64,000 nucleotides of DNA. Origin: Chloroflexota bacterium. GTDB taxonomy: Bacteria; Chloroflexota; Limnocylindria; Limnocylindrales; CSP1-4. The DNA is taken from positions 1,337 through 65,336 of the forward strand of contig JBDTOJ010000047.1 of the NCBI GenBank assembly GCA_039933295.1, written 5' to 3'. The notes under the pieces are model-generated. The model saw nothing but the letters and a program-made list of their open reading frames with translations. It was not told the origin of the DNA and ran no database searches. The translations under genes were made by a program, and so were the position numbers. This document shows, one piece after another, positions 7,924-16,761 of this stretch; the first letter of the stretch is position 1; each line of letters opens with the position of its first letter.

Positions 7924-8907
7924 ATGCGATTCGCAATGATGATCGAAGCGCAGCAGGGTCTCTCCTACCTGGACCAGCTCGCCTTTGTGCGACGAGCCGA
8001 TCAGGCCGGGTTCGAGGCCTTCTTCCGGAGCGATCACTATGCGAGCTTTCCGGGCCCGTCCGACGTGCCGACGACCGATGCCTGGACAGTCCTCGCCGGC
8101 CTGGCCCGCGAAACCGAGCGGATCTCGCTCGGGGTGCTCGTGAGCCCAGTCACCTATCGGCACCCGGGCTCGTTCGTCAAGGTCGTCGGGACGGTCGACG
8201 AGATGAGCGGTGGCCGGATCGAGGTGGGCGTGGGTGCCGGCTGGAACGTCGACGATCACCTGCCCCTCGGGATGGCCTTTCCTGACATCAAGTCCCGGGC
8301 CGACCTCATGGAGGATCAGCTGGCCCTGCTCCTCGGCCTGTGGACCGAGCCGGACGGCTGGAACTTTCAGGGCCACCAGATCCGTGTTGAGGGCGGGATT
8401 CTGCGACCCAAGCCCGTCGACGCGCCGGGCCGACCTCGTGCGGCCAACGGCTCGGTTCGACCGCGGCTCATCGTCGGGGGAAGCGGCTCCCCCCGGTCAT
8501 TCCGCCTGGCGGCGCGCTATGCCGACGAATTCAATCTCAATGGATCGTCCCCGGCCCGGACCCGCGAGCAATACGCGTTGCTGGATCAGGCCTGCCGCGA
8601 TATCGGCCGCGATCCAGCCACGCTGACCCACTCCGCAATGGTCGGGGCGATGCTCGGCGTGGACGAGGCCGAGATCGTCCGACGCCAGACCGGGCTGCTC
8701 GCTTCTCTCGGCGTGGCGCCCGCTGGCGATTCGGACTGGTTCGCTGAGCGACGCGACCGTTGGATCATCGGGACGCCGGACCAGGCGCGCTCGACAATCC
8801 GAGCCTACGCCGACGCCGGTGTCGAGCGAATCATGCTTCAGGACTTCCTGCCGCTTGACCTGGAGATGGTTGACCTGATGGGGGCGGAGCTCGTCGGCAA
8901 GGTCTGA
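7924..8907 (+). CDS. LLM-class (luciferase-like) F420-dependent oxidoreductase
   Basis: MRFAMMIEAQQG...FFRSDHY...LGVLVSPVTYRHP...GRIEVGVGAGW. ATG 7924 sits 5 nt after AGGTGG. The ORF track starts at GTG 7915. Confidence 0.8.
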   Translation: MRFAMMIEAQQGLSYLDQLAFVRRADQAGFEAFFRSDHYASFPGPSDVPTTDAWTVLAGLARETERISLGVLVSPVTYRHPGSFVKVVGTVDEMSGGRIEVGVGAGWNVDDHLPLGMAFPDIKSRADLMEDQLALLLGLWTEPDGWNFQGHQIRVEGGILRPKPVDAPGRPRAANGSVRPRLIVGGSGSPRSFRLAARYADEFNLNGSSPARTREQYALLDQACRDIGRDPATLTHSAMVGAMLGVDEAEIVRRQTGLLASLGVAPAGDSDWFAERRDRWIIGTPDQARSTIRAYADAGVERIMLQDFLPLDLEMVDLMGAELVGKV

Positions 8908-8931
8908 GCCCCGGTTGCGGACCGGAGCCGG

Positions 8932-9843
8932 TCAGCCGGATCGTTCGAACGCGATGTGCGTGGTCAGGTGCATGGCCTGGCCGGGCTCGAGCAATGTCAG
9001 CCCATATGGCTGCCCCGCCAGCAGACGCCGGATCCCTTGGGGGGCATGCGTCTCTGGCTCAATGGCTACCGCGCCGCTATCGGCCGGACTTGCGGCCACG
9101 ATGCACAGGCCAGCATCCGAGCTGACCTCCAGGGTCGCGCTGATCCCGAGGTCCGGCCAACGCATGCGAACGGGAGGTTGGTCCGGATCCAACCACGTCG
9201 CGTCGAGACCGCTGGGCATCGGACGCATTGATCGGAGATCGAAGGCTCCAGCCACAGCCTCGATCGGGTCATCGGCGCGAAGGTTGGACGGCAGCACACG
9301 CGCGGCCGCGATGCTCACGTCGATCGGTGCTCGAAACCAGGGATGGAATCCCATGCCGCCGGGCATGGGGCGCTCGCTCAAGTTGACCAGGATCTGCCCG
9401 AACGTCACCTCGGCGCGCCCTTCGCCGGTGTCCGCGGCCCTCACTTCCAGGCTCGTCCGGTAGACCCACGGCCAGCCCGTCCCAGCGCCGCCGCCCTGGA
9501 ACTCGAAGACGCCGCCTGCGCCCTCCACCCACCGGCTGAGGTAGACCTGACCGTGGAGAGCTGAACCATCCGACGCGTTTGCTGGAACGTCCACTGTCGA
9601 TCCGCCAACGACCGTAGGCCAAGGATCGATCCGATTGCACCAGGGTGCCATGACGTAGGCACCCCAGGCGAACGGCTCGCCGAGGTGAACCCGCGGATCC
9701 GCCGGCGTTCGGAGCAGGTCGTGCCCGAACACCGTGAGGCGGTGCAGCCGCGCGCCGAGATCCGGGAGCAGCTCGGCCCGAATCGAATCGGTCGAGATCA
9801 CGACGACCCGAGGTGCTTGCTCCACGACCGGATCGACCGACAC
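8932..9843 (-). CDS. aldose 1-epimerase (galactose mutarotase-like) family protein
   Basis: All-beta pattern with GMGFHPWFRAP and HGQVYLSRW blocks typical of the family. Last gene of a five-gene operon. Confidence 0.65.
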   Translation of the reverse strand: MSVDPVVEQAPRVVVISTDSIRAELLPDLGARLHRLTVFGHDLLRTPADPRVHLGEPFAWGAYVMAPWCNRIDPWPTVVGGSTVDVPANASDGSALHGQVYLSRWVEGAGGVFEFQGGGAGTGWPWVYRTSLEVRAADTGEGRAEVTFGQILVNLSERPMPGGMGFHPWFRAPIDVSIAAARVLPSNLRADDPIEAVAGAFDLRSMRPMPSGLDATWLDPDQPPVRMRWPDLGISATLEVSSDAGLCIVAASPADSGAVAIEPETHAPQGIRRLLAGQPYGLTLLEPGQAMHLTTHIAFERSG

Positions 9844-9848
9844 TATGG

Positions 9849-11501
9849 TCAGGAACCTCCAGGCAGCCAGCGGCGGGCTGCCGTCGCGTTGCGTTCGATG
9901 ATCGCAAACTCGGAAGCCTGGACGTGGACCCAGGCGCCGAGCTCGCCGTCCGGCCAGTGGACGCGAATGTCCGCCGAGTCGGCGGGGCCGAGACCCAGAT
10001 GTTGCCAGCCCAGCTGACCGCCCGCATGCCCACCGCCGATCGTCAGCTCACGAAAGACGGTCTGATCACCGATCCGCGCCTCGAGCCAGGCGCCAATCGC
10101 GTTCCGGTTCGGCCCGGGCTGTTCGACCGCGACCGCCAGCCAATGACCCATTGCAACCGGGCTGGCGGCTGTACCTGAGCCCACGTTGCGCCAAAGGATC
10201 GTATCTCCCCCGTAGTTCAAGAGGACGAGGTCGAGGAGGCCGTCGAGGTTGAAGTCGGCGAGGGCAGCACCCCGGCCTCGCGCGAAGCTCACGATGCCAG
10301 CTGCCGCGGCCACTTCGGTGAACATGCCGGTTGGGGCCCCGAGGAGGAGATTGCTCGGGTCACGCTTCGCATAGTCCGGTTGTGTGCCGACATTGCCCTT
10401 CGAGACGAACAGGTCCAGGAAGCCGTCGTTGTTGACATCGGCAAATTCCGGATGCCAGGCCGTGGACGGAAGGGGATCGCCGCCGGTGAACGGCGTGGTC
10501 GCCGTGACCCCGCGCTTCAGGGCGATATCGCGGAACATCGGCTGACTCGGCCCAGTCGTGAGTGTCTGGAGCTTGTTGTCGCCCTGGCTCGTCAGGAAGA
10601 CCTCCGGGTAGCCGTCCCCGGTAATGTCGGCACTCGCGATCCCCATGCCCCAGATCTGCATGGCAACCCATCCGTCGTCGCCCGAGTAGGCGCGCAGCGG
10701 CTCGCCCGGCGCCATACGCCACAGCTGGTCCATCCCGTCGCTGTAGTAGTGGCGATCGTTCGTGACGCGAAGGTCCCGCCGTCCCGAGCGATCCCAGTCG
10801 CTGAACAGCATCGACAGCGTGCAATAACCCGGCCGCAGGGGCGTCGGCGCGTCGTAGCGCGTGGCGCCTGGGCCTGGCCTGAGGATGGCGCTGTCCGCGC
10901 ACGGAGTCGTGCTCTCGCCGTTCGGCCCAATGGTCAGGTAGTGACCAACTGCCAGCGTGGGGAGCGTGGATCCCGACTCCCAGGTTGCGCTGAAGGCCGA
11001 GGTGTCGCCGTCGAGCCCGACCAAACCGAACGCCTCGTTCGCTCGCTCGAATCGGCAATCGCCGAGACCTCGAAGCAGGATGTTCTCACCGGCCCTGAGC
11101 ACCATGATGTCGATCAGCCCATCACCGTCGATGTCGATCGGGTAGGCGCCCATGACGCCGGTCAGGTCGGTCGCGGGGTCGCGGACCTCGGAGAAGCGGA
11201 GCGGCCCGCCGACGGCGGCGTCATTGCGGTAGAGAGACGCTGGGTTGGCCCCGCCAGCAAGGTACAGATCGGGCTTGCCGTCGCCATTGCAGTCGAAGAC
11301 CGCAACACCCCCACCGACCTGGTACAGGTCGGGCCCATCGAAGCGTTGTGAGATCCCCGATGCGACGGTCTCATCTACGAAGAGAGGTGGCCCGGATGCC
11401 TCGGTCGGTCCCGCGGACCGGAGCAGAGCCCGCCCGGCAGCGAGGATCGCCACGGTCACGAAGACCCCGACCACGACGAGGGCGAACCTTCGGCGCGTCA
11501 T
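9849..11501 (-). CDS. CRTAC1 family protein (FG-GAP/VCBS repeats plus ASPIC/UnbV C-terminal domain), membrane-anchored or secreted
   Basis: Repeated DxNGDGxxDL-type calcium-binding loops (FDCNGDGKPDLYL, DIDGDGLIDIMV, ADITGDGYPEVFL, ADVNNDGFLDLFV, ADFNLDGLLDLVL). The C-terminal NRNAIGAWLEARIG...GGGHAGGQ is the UnbV/ASPIC signature. I moved the start to ATG 11501 (MTRRRFALVVVGVF), 10 nt after the upstream stop and preceded by GGTGGG. Confidence 0.8.
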   Translation of the reverse strand: MTRRRFALVVVGVFVTVAILAAGRALLRSAGPTEASGPPLFVDETVASGISQRFDGPDLYQVGGGVAVFDCNGDGKPDLYLAGGANPASLYRNDAAVGGPLRFSEVRDPATDLTGVMGAYPIDIDGDGLIDIMVLRAGENILLRGLGDCRFERANEAFGLVGLDGDTSAFSATWESGSTLPTLAVGHYLTIGPNGESTTPCADSAILRPGPGATRYDAPTPLRPGYCTLSMLFSDWDRSGRRDLRVTNDRHYYSDGMDQLWRMAPGEPLRAYSGDDGWVAMQIWGMGIASADITGDGYPEVFLTSQGDNKLQTLTTGPSQPMFRDIALKRGVTATTPFTGGDPLPSTAWHPEFADVNNDGFLDLFVSKGNVGTQPDYAKRDPSNLLLGAPTGMFTEVAAAAGIVSFARGRGAALADFNLDGLLDLVLLNYGGDTILWRNVGSGTAASPVAMGHWLAVAVEQPGPNRNAIGAWLEARIGDQTVFRELTIGGGHAGGQLGWQHLGLGPADSADIRVHWPDGELGAWVHVQASEFAIIERNATAARRWLPGGS

Positions 11502-11511
11502 GAGCCCACCG

Positions 11512-13455
11512 TCACGGCGTGGTAGAACCGTTGAAATAGCGTTCCGCGAGGGCAAGGGCTTCCTTACCGCACTGTGAGCCGATGATCCGGCCGGTGAAAT
11601 CGTCGGACTGGATGTGGATGCCACCCCACAGACGCGACTGACCGGCCTGATCCGATGCGTCGTAATAGGTCGCCCACTCGAGGCGGATGTCCGTCGTCGG
11701 GCCCTTCTCGAACTTGAGTGACCCGGCCTTGATCGTGTAGCCGCTCACCCCACCCGGAAAATAGGCACTGCCGGTAAAGCCGCTGAGTACCTCGGCACCG
11801 GCTCGACTGAACGCGCTGTGGCCCGACGCATAGCCAGGGAATGACGGCGTGACGAAGGTCGGGAGCTGGTAGGGGACCCACGTTTCGGCGAAGATCCAGC
11901 CCACGCCGCCGACGTTCGCCTTCGGGTCGGTCGGGTTGCCCTGCCATGCATGAATCGCGATATGGCCAATCCCACCCGCGAGGTCCGCGTGGCGCTGACC
12001 GGGCGCGGAACTCTCGGCGGTGACGACCTCGATGAGCCCGGGAACGAGTGGCAGCCCCTCGGGGTTGTAGGACGGTCCAGCCGGATCGCTCGATTGGCCG
12101 AGGCTGCCCAGATAGCGAATGAGCGAAATGGGCCGGCTCGAGTCGTAATGGCCCTTCAGACCCCAGGCCGCGATGGCGGCGTCATGGACCGCCCCGTTGA
12201 GAGCGAGGTAGAGCTTGACGTCCCACTCGAGCCGCCCGACCTCGGGCCCGCTGCCACCGATGTGGAGATTCGGATCGAGTTCGTCCGACACCAGGTTCGC
12301 GAGGACGTTCCAGTGGCCGGGCGGCGTCTCGGACTTCGGCCCATCTGCCCAGAACTCGGCCATGATCCGCCCGAAATCGGCCCGGTTCACCACGTCGGAT
12401 GGATAAGGCGCGCCCGTGACGGGGTTGGTCGGGTGGCCAGTGCCGTCGTTGGCGCCGAGGCTGTTGGCCCCGCGGGCGCCGGGCGAGATGTCGATCGTCG
12501 TGGTCTCCCGAGGGTCGAGGTAGCTGCTGTCGCGGATGACCTCGACGAGTTCAAGCTTCAGCTCCTGGTCGGTCGTCGGATCGCCGAGGCGGGGTGGTGG
12601 CCCGGGATCGATTGGTGTGCCATTTGGCCCGCCAGGGGGTAGCGCAAAACTCGTCACATCGCCCCACTGCGTGCCGACGGCCTGCTGGACGCCGTTGGTC
12701 ACGGGGATCCCATTCTGGGAAATCATGTGCGCAATCTGGAGGGGCTGCCATCGATTCGGGTCAGTCATGTGGCCGCTCGCCACACCATCAACGACCAGCG
12801 GCTCGTTGACTGGTTTGTAATCGGGAGGCGCGTAGCCCCCTGTCTCGTTCGAGCCGTCCGATTTGCCGGCGGCAAGGATGGTGTCGCCGATCCGATAGCC
12901 CACGGCCGCCGGCGAGTTTCCGAGCGCGAGCGTGGCACCGAGCGGGTAGCACAGGCTGTCCATGACGTCGGCGAACTCTGAGAGGGACGCCTCGCCCCCG
13001 GTCGACTTGATGAACCGCGATGTGAGGACCTTGTAGGCGGCGTAACTCATGGCTTCGCTGCGGGCTGCCTCGACGTCGGAAGCCGCGTGCTTCTCGGTCA
13101 CGAAGACGCCGCGCGCGGTTCGATCGTAGGTTGCCCACGCGTCCCACATGGCGGCAGACAGGTGGTACAGGTTCCTCGCGTGGAGTGGGGGATTAGGGAG
13201 TGCGCGCCGGATGGCGTCGAGGAGCGCCTCGTCCCAGCGGCGCGCAACTGACCACTCCGGGTGGTCGACCGTCGCGCTGCAGCGGGGTCGCGTCTCCCAC
13301 GGGCGGGCGACGGCGATGACCGAGCCGACACTCACGAGTGCGACGATCAGGACGGCAACCGCAAGGATCCGCGGTCGACCGGCTCTCGCGGGCGGGCGGG
13401 CAGCCGGGATCGCCGGTTCCGGATCGGCTGCTTCAGTTGGGGTCGACGCGTCCAT
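11512..13455 (-). CDS. PAP2-superfamily / vanadium-dependent haloperoxidase-like protein with N-terminal membrane anchor
   Basis: All three PAP2/vanadate-site motifs are present: KGHYDSSRP (Kx6RP), YASGHS (SGH) and SRLWGGIHIQSDD (SRx5Hx3D). The N-terminal anchor is ILAVAVLIVALVSVGSVIAV. Confidence 0.75.
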   Translation of the reverse strand: MDASTPTEAADPEPAIPAARPPARAGRPRILAVAVLIVALVSVGSVIAVARPWETRPRCSATVDHPEWSVARRWDEALLDAIRRALPNPPLHARNLYHLSAAMWDAWATYDRTARGVFVTEKHAASDVEAARSEAMSYAAYKVLTSRFIKSTGGEASLSEFADVMDSLCYPLGATLALGNSPAAVGYRIGDTILAAGKSDGSNETGGYAPPDYKPVNEPLVVDGVASGHMTDPNRWQPLQIAHMISQNGIPVTNGVQQAVGTQWGDVTSFALPPGGPNGTPIDPGPPPRLGDPTTDQELKLELVEVIRDSSYLDPRETTTIDISPGARGANSLGANDGTGHPTNPVTGAPYPSDVVNRADFGRIMAEFWADGPKSETPPGHWNVLANLVSDELDPNLHIGGSGPEVGRLEWDVKLYLALNGAVHDAAIAAWGLKGHYDSSRPISLIRYLGSLGQSSDPAGPSYNPEGLPLVPGLIEVVTAESSAPGQRHADLAGGIGHIAIHAWQGNPTDPKANVGGVGWIFAETWVPYQLPTFVTPSFPGYASGHSAFSRAGAEVLSGFTGSAYFPGGVSGYTIKAGSLKFEKGPTTDIRLEWATYYDASDQAGQSRLWGGIHIQSDDFTGRIIGSQCGKEALALAERYFNGSTTP

Positions 13456-14434
13456 CGGCTGCCTCGAAGATTCGCTCGATCACCCGAAGGTTCGCCACAG
13501 CATCCGAGGGCGGAACCGGGACCGCCAGGCCGTCGAGGATGGCCGCCGCAAAGCGGCTCGCCTGGACGGCGTACGGATCGGCCGGCTCGAACGTCAGTGT
13601 CTCGGTCGCCGGGGCAACCGGTGGCTCACCACCATGGGTGACGCGAATCGCTGTCGGCAGGGTTGGGGGAATGTTGAACGGGATGTCGATCGAAATCCGA
13701 CCATCCGTCCCGTAAATGTTCACCCGCTGGTCGTCTTCGGCGCGAGTACTGCAGGTGAACGACGCCACGCCGGTTTCGAATTCGAGCACGGCGCTGGTCA
13801 GGACGTCAACGCCCGCCGCCGCGTCCCTGACGATGGCGGCCTCGACCCGCGTCGGCTCCGCCCCGAACAGCATCCTCGACAGGTTCACGTTGTACGAGCC
13901 GACGTCGTACAGGGCTCCGCCGCCATACTCGCGAATGTTCCGGATGTTGGTTGGATCGTCGTTGAAGTACGAAAACCAGCTCTCGACCGAGACGAGGCGA
14001 CCGATCCGACCTGCCGCAACCAGATCGCGGACCGCCACCCACGAGGGATGCTGGCGGTACATGAATGCCTCCATCAGCATGACGCCCTCGACCTCGCAGA
14101 CCTCGATCATCCGCTCGGCATCGCTCGCGGTCATCGCGAGAGGTTTTTCGCACAGGATGTGCTTGCCGGCACGTGCCGCGGCCATCGTCCACTCCGCGTG
14201 CAGGTGGTTCGGGACGGGGATATAGACCGCGTCGACATCGGGATCGGCGAGCAGGGCCTCATAGGAGCCGTGCACGCGCGGGATCCCGAGGGCGGTGGCG
14301 GCCGCCTGCGCTCGAGCAAGGTCTCGCGACGCGATCGCGACGACCGTGGATCGGTCCGCAGCCTGGATTCCGGGAATGACTTTCTTGCGGCCGATGTCGG
14401 CGGTTGACAGGATTCCCCAGCGCAGATCGGTCAT
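13433..14434 (-). CDS. Gfo/Idh/MocA family NAD(P)-dependent sugar oxidoreductase
   Basis: N-terminal LRWGILSTADIGRKKVIPGI...VVAIASRD Rossmann start, followed by HILCEKPLA (EKP motif). Confidence 0.85.
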   Translation of the reverse strand: MTDLRWGILSTADIGRKKVIPGIQAADRSTVVAIASRDLARAQAAATALGIPRVHGSYEALLADPDVDAVYIPVPNHLHAEWTMAAARAGKHILCEKPLAMTASDAERMIEVCEVEGVMLMEAFMYRQHPSWVAVRDLVAAGRIGRLVSVESWFSYFNDDPTNIRNIREYGGGALYDVGSYNVNLSRMLFGAEPTRVEAAIVRDAAAGVDVLTSAVLEFETGVASFTCSTRAEDDQRVNIYGTDGRISIDIPFNIPPTLPTAIRVTHGGEPPVAPATETLTFEPADPYAVQASRFAAAILDGLAVPVPPSDAVANLRVIERIFEAADGRVDPN

Positions 14435-14439
14435 CGGAC

Positions 14440-15147
14440 CTAGCCCCAGGAGGTCTCGGTCACGGGCCGCAGGTTGACTTCGAGGAGGCGGTGGTTACGT
14501 GGCCGGGTGACCACGAAGAGGACGACGTCCGCGACATCTTCGGGGGCCATCATGCCGGCCAGTTGCGGCATGTCGCGGGTCCGACCGTGACCCATCGCGA
14601 AGTCCGTGGCCACGCCGCCCGGGCACACGCTCGTGCACCGAACGCCCTGTTCCCGGAGCTCGTGATCGAGTGCGCGGGTCATCCCGACCTGCGCGAACTT
14701 CGAGGCGGAGTAGGCCACTTCGAGGGGCAGTCCGCGCCGGCCGGCCTCGCTCGCAATCGTGACGATGTCGGCGGCGTCGCTCTTGAGGAGCTCGGGCAAT
14801 GCCGCGCGAACCGCGTACAGGGCGCCCTTGACGTTGACATCGATCATCTCGTCGATGTCCTCGACGGACAGGTCGAGGTAGGGACCGTAGGCACCGACGC
14901 CGGCATTGACGATGAGCATGTCGAGCCGCCCGAAATGCTCGACCGTCGCTGCGACCATCGCCTCGAGCGAGGCGGCGCTTCGAACATCGCAGACCTTCGC
15001 GAACGCTCCCTCGATACCCGGGTTGTCACCGCTACGTGAGGCGACCGCAACCTGAACATCGGCAGCGGCGAGGGCTCGGGCGGTCGCGGCACCGATGCCG
15101 CGGCTCGCGCCCGTTACGAGGGCGACTCGGCCCTTGAGTGATTCCAT
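14440..15147 (-). CDS. SDR family short-chain dehydrogenase/reductase
   Basis: LKGRVALVTGASRGIG cofactor motif, NAGV, and YSASKFA (YxxxK). ATG 15147 was chosen as start (AGGA lies 9 nt upstream). ATG 15162 is an alternative. Confidence 0.85.
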   Translation of the reverse strand: MESLKGRVALVTGASRGIGAATARALAAADVQVAVASRSGDNPGIEGAFAKVCDVRSAASLEAMVAATVEHFGRLDMLIVNAGVGAYGPYLDLSVEDIDEMIDVNVKGALYAVRAALPELLKSDAADIVTIASEAGRRGLPLEVAYSASKFAQVGMTRALDHELREQGVRCTSVCPGGVATDFAMGHGRTRDMPQLAGMMAPEDVADVVLFVVTRPRNHRLLEVNLRPVTETSWG

Positions 15148-15308
15148 CGGATCGGTCCTCATCTCTGGCCGGCATCGGCGAGCTGATCTCCGGCCGGCGC
15201 CCACTGGGGCTGCTAGGTTGCGCCACCGGTCGCCATCCTGCTCAGACCCTTGGGTGCAGATGTCGCCCAGATCGTGGACAACCCGCTTGACAGGTCTGGC
15301 TTGGATGC

Positions 15309-16598
15309 ATGAGCCTAGCACAGGCATTTGCAACAGAGGAACACAAACCCTTGTTTGTTGGTCGCGTTGTCGTTGGGCAGAGAAGCGAAACGGTCCGCCG
15401 CGGCAACTTGAGTGCGATCGTTCGGGAACTGCACCTGCGCGGGCCGCTGTCCCGCTCGGAGCTGGTCGCCTGGACGGGCCTCACGCGGAGCGCCATCCGG
15501 TCGCTCGTCGGCGATCTGGCAACCGGCGACTTCGTCGTGGAGGATGTCGCCGTTCGGCTCGGGACGCCGGGTCGCCCGTCGCCCCAGGTCCGACTCGTGG
15601 CTGAGAACACCGTCGTCCTCGCCTTCGAGATCGCCGTTGACTCCCTGGCCGTCGCCGTAGTCGGGCTCGGCGGGCATGTTCACTGGCAGGAGCGCGTTGA
15701 TCGCTCACGGGCCCATTCGACCGTCGATGACATCGTGGCCGACCTGACCGATCTCGCAGACCGGGCGCGCCAAGCGCGGCCGTTCGGGGAAGTGCCGATC
15801 GGCGTCGGCGTGGCTGTTGCCGGCCTGGTCAGGCAACCGGACGGGCTCGTCGCGGTCGGCCCGAATCTCGGCTGGATCGATGCGCCGCTCGGCCAGCCGC
15901 TGGCTGCGGCGCTCGGCCTGCCGGTGCCGATCGCGGTGGCCAATGAGGCGGATCTGGGTGCCCTGGCCGAGATCCGTCGCGGGGCCGCGCGCGGGGCCGC
16001 AAACGTCCTTTACGTCCATGGCGAAGTCGGCGTAGGCGGCGGCATCATCGTCGATGGTCGGCCCCTGACGGGGGGCGCCGGATTCGCGGGCGAGATCGGC
16101 CACATGTCGGTCAATCCGGACGGCCGCCCCTGCCGGTGCGGATCAACAGGCTGCTGGGAAACGGAGGTCGGCGAGGTCGCCCTGCTCGAGCGTGCCGACT
16201 ACCCACCGGACGGGGGACGGATGGCCGTGTCCGGTCTCCTTGCCGACGCCCTCGACGGTCGGCCAGAGGCGATCCGCGCGTTCACCGCAACCGGCCGCTG
16301 GCTCGGCATTGGACTCGCCAGCCTGGTGAACGTCCTCAATCCGAACATCGTCGTGCTCGGTGGCCTCTTCTCGCGCGCTTTCCCATTTCTCGAGGCGGAG
16401 ATGCTTGCTGCATTCGAGGTGCGCGCTCTCAGTGCATCGCGCGCGACGATGGAGATCGTCGCTTCGAGCCTCGGGATCGACGCTCCCCTGATCGGCGCAG
16501 CCGAACTCGCCTTCGAGCCACTGCTCGTCGATCCTGTCGCGTGGCTGGGTCCGCGCGCAGCCAACGTCGTGCCCGACCCGTTGCTGATCTCGACATGA
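15309..16598 (+). CDS. ROK family transcriptional regulator (XylR-like)
   Basis: N-terminal wHTH RRGNLSAIVRELHLRGPLSRSELVAWTGLTRSAI followed by the ROK fold with zinc motif GHMSVNPDGRPCRCGSTGCWE. The start is uncertain: ATG 15309 or in-frame TTG 15351. Confidence 0.85.
   Translation: MSLAQAFATEEHKPLFVGRVVVGQRSETVRRGNLSAIVRELHLRGPLSRSELVAWTGLTRSAIRSLVGDLATGDFVVEDVAVRLGTPGRPSPQVRLVAENTVVLAFEIAVDSLAVAVVGLGGHVHWQERVDRSRAHSTVDDIVADLTDLADRARQARPFGEVPIGVGVAVAGLVRQPDGLVAVGPNLGWIDAPLGQPLAAALGLPVPIAVANEADLGALAEIRRGAARGAANVLYVHGEVGVGGGIIVDGRPLTGGAGFAGEIGHMSVNPDGRPCRCGSTGCWETEVGEVALLERADYPPDGGRMAVSGLLADALDGRPEAIRAFTATGRWLGIGLASLVNVLNPNIVVLGGLFSRAFPFLEAEMLAAFEVRALSASRATMEIVASSLGIDAPLIGAAELAFEPLLVDPVAWLGPRAANVVPDPLLIST
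15343..15358. promoter_or_regulatory. inverted repeat ACAAAC-N4-GTTTGT, candidate ROK/XylR operator at the ROK gene 5' end
   Basis: acaaacccttgtttgt sits in a locally AT-richer patch. It shares the CACAAA/TTTGT half-site with the xylA-upstream palindrome. Confidence 0.35.
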
Positions 16599-16761
16599 CG
16601 AGTACAATGCGGCGCGCTCGATGCATCGGACTTTACCGATTGACCCATGCGGGCGCCGTTGGCTGCCCGTTTCTCGGACCAGGAAGTCGTCGAGGAGGGC
16701 TTTAGCCTACGAGCGTTGCGCGCACTATCTGTCGACAGTTCTAGGAGGAGATTTTCAGCCA

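Noticed and set aside
11502-11624. Apparent 113-nt overlap between the CRTAC1 ORF and the upstream PAP2-like gene
   Set aside because: The overlap comes from the longest-ORF rule. The internal ATG 11501 gives a proper signal/anchor (MTRRRFALVVVGVF), sits 10 nt after the upstream stop, and has a GGTGGG SD.
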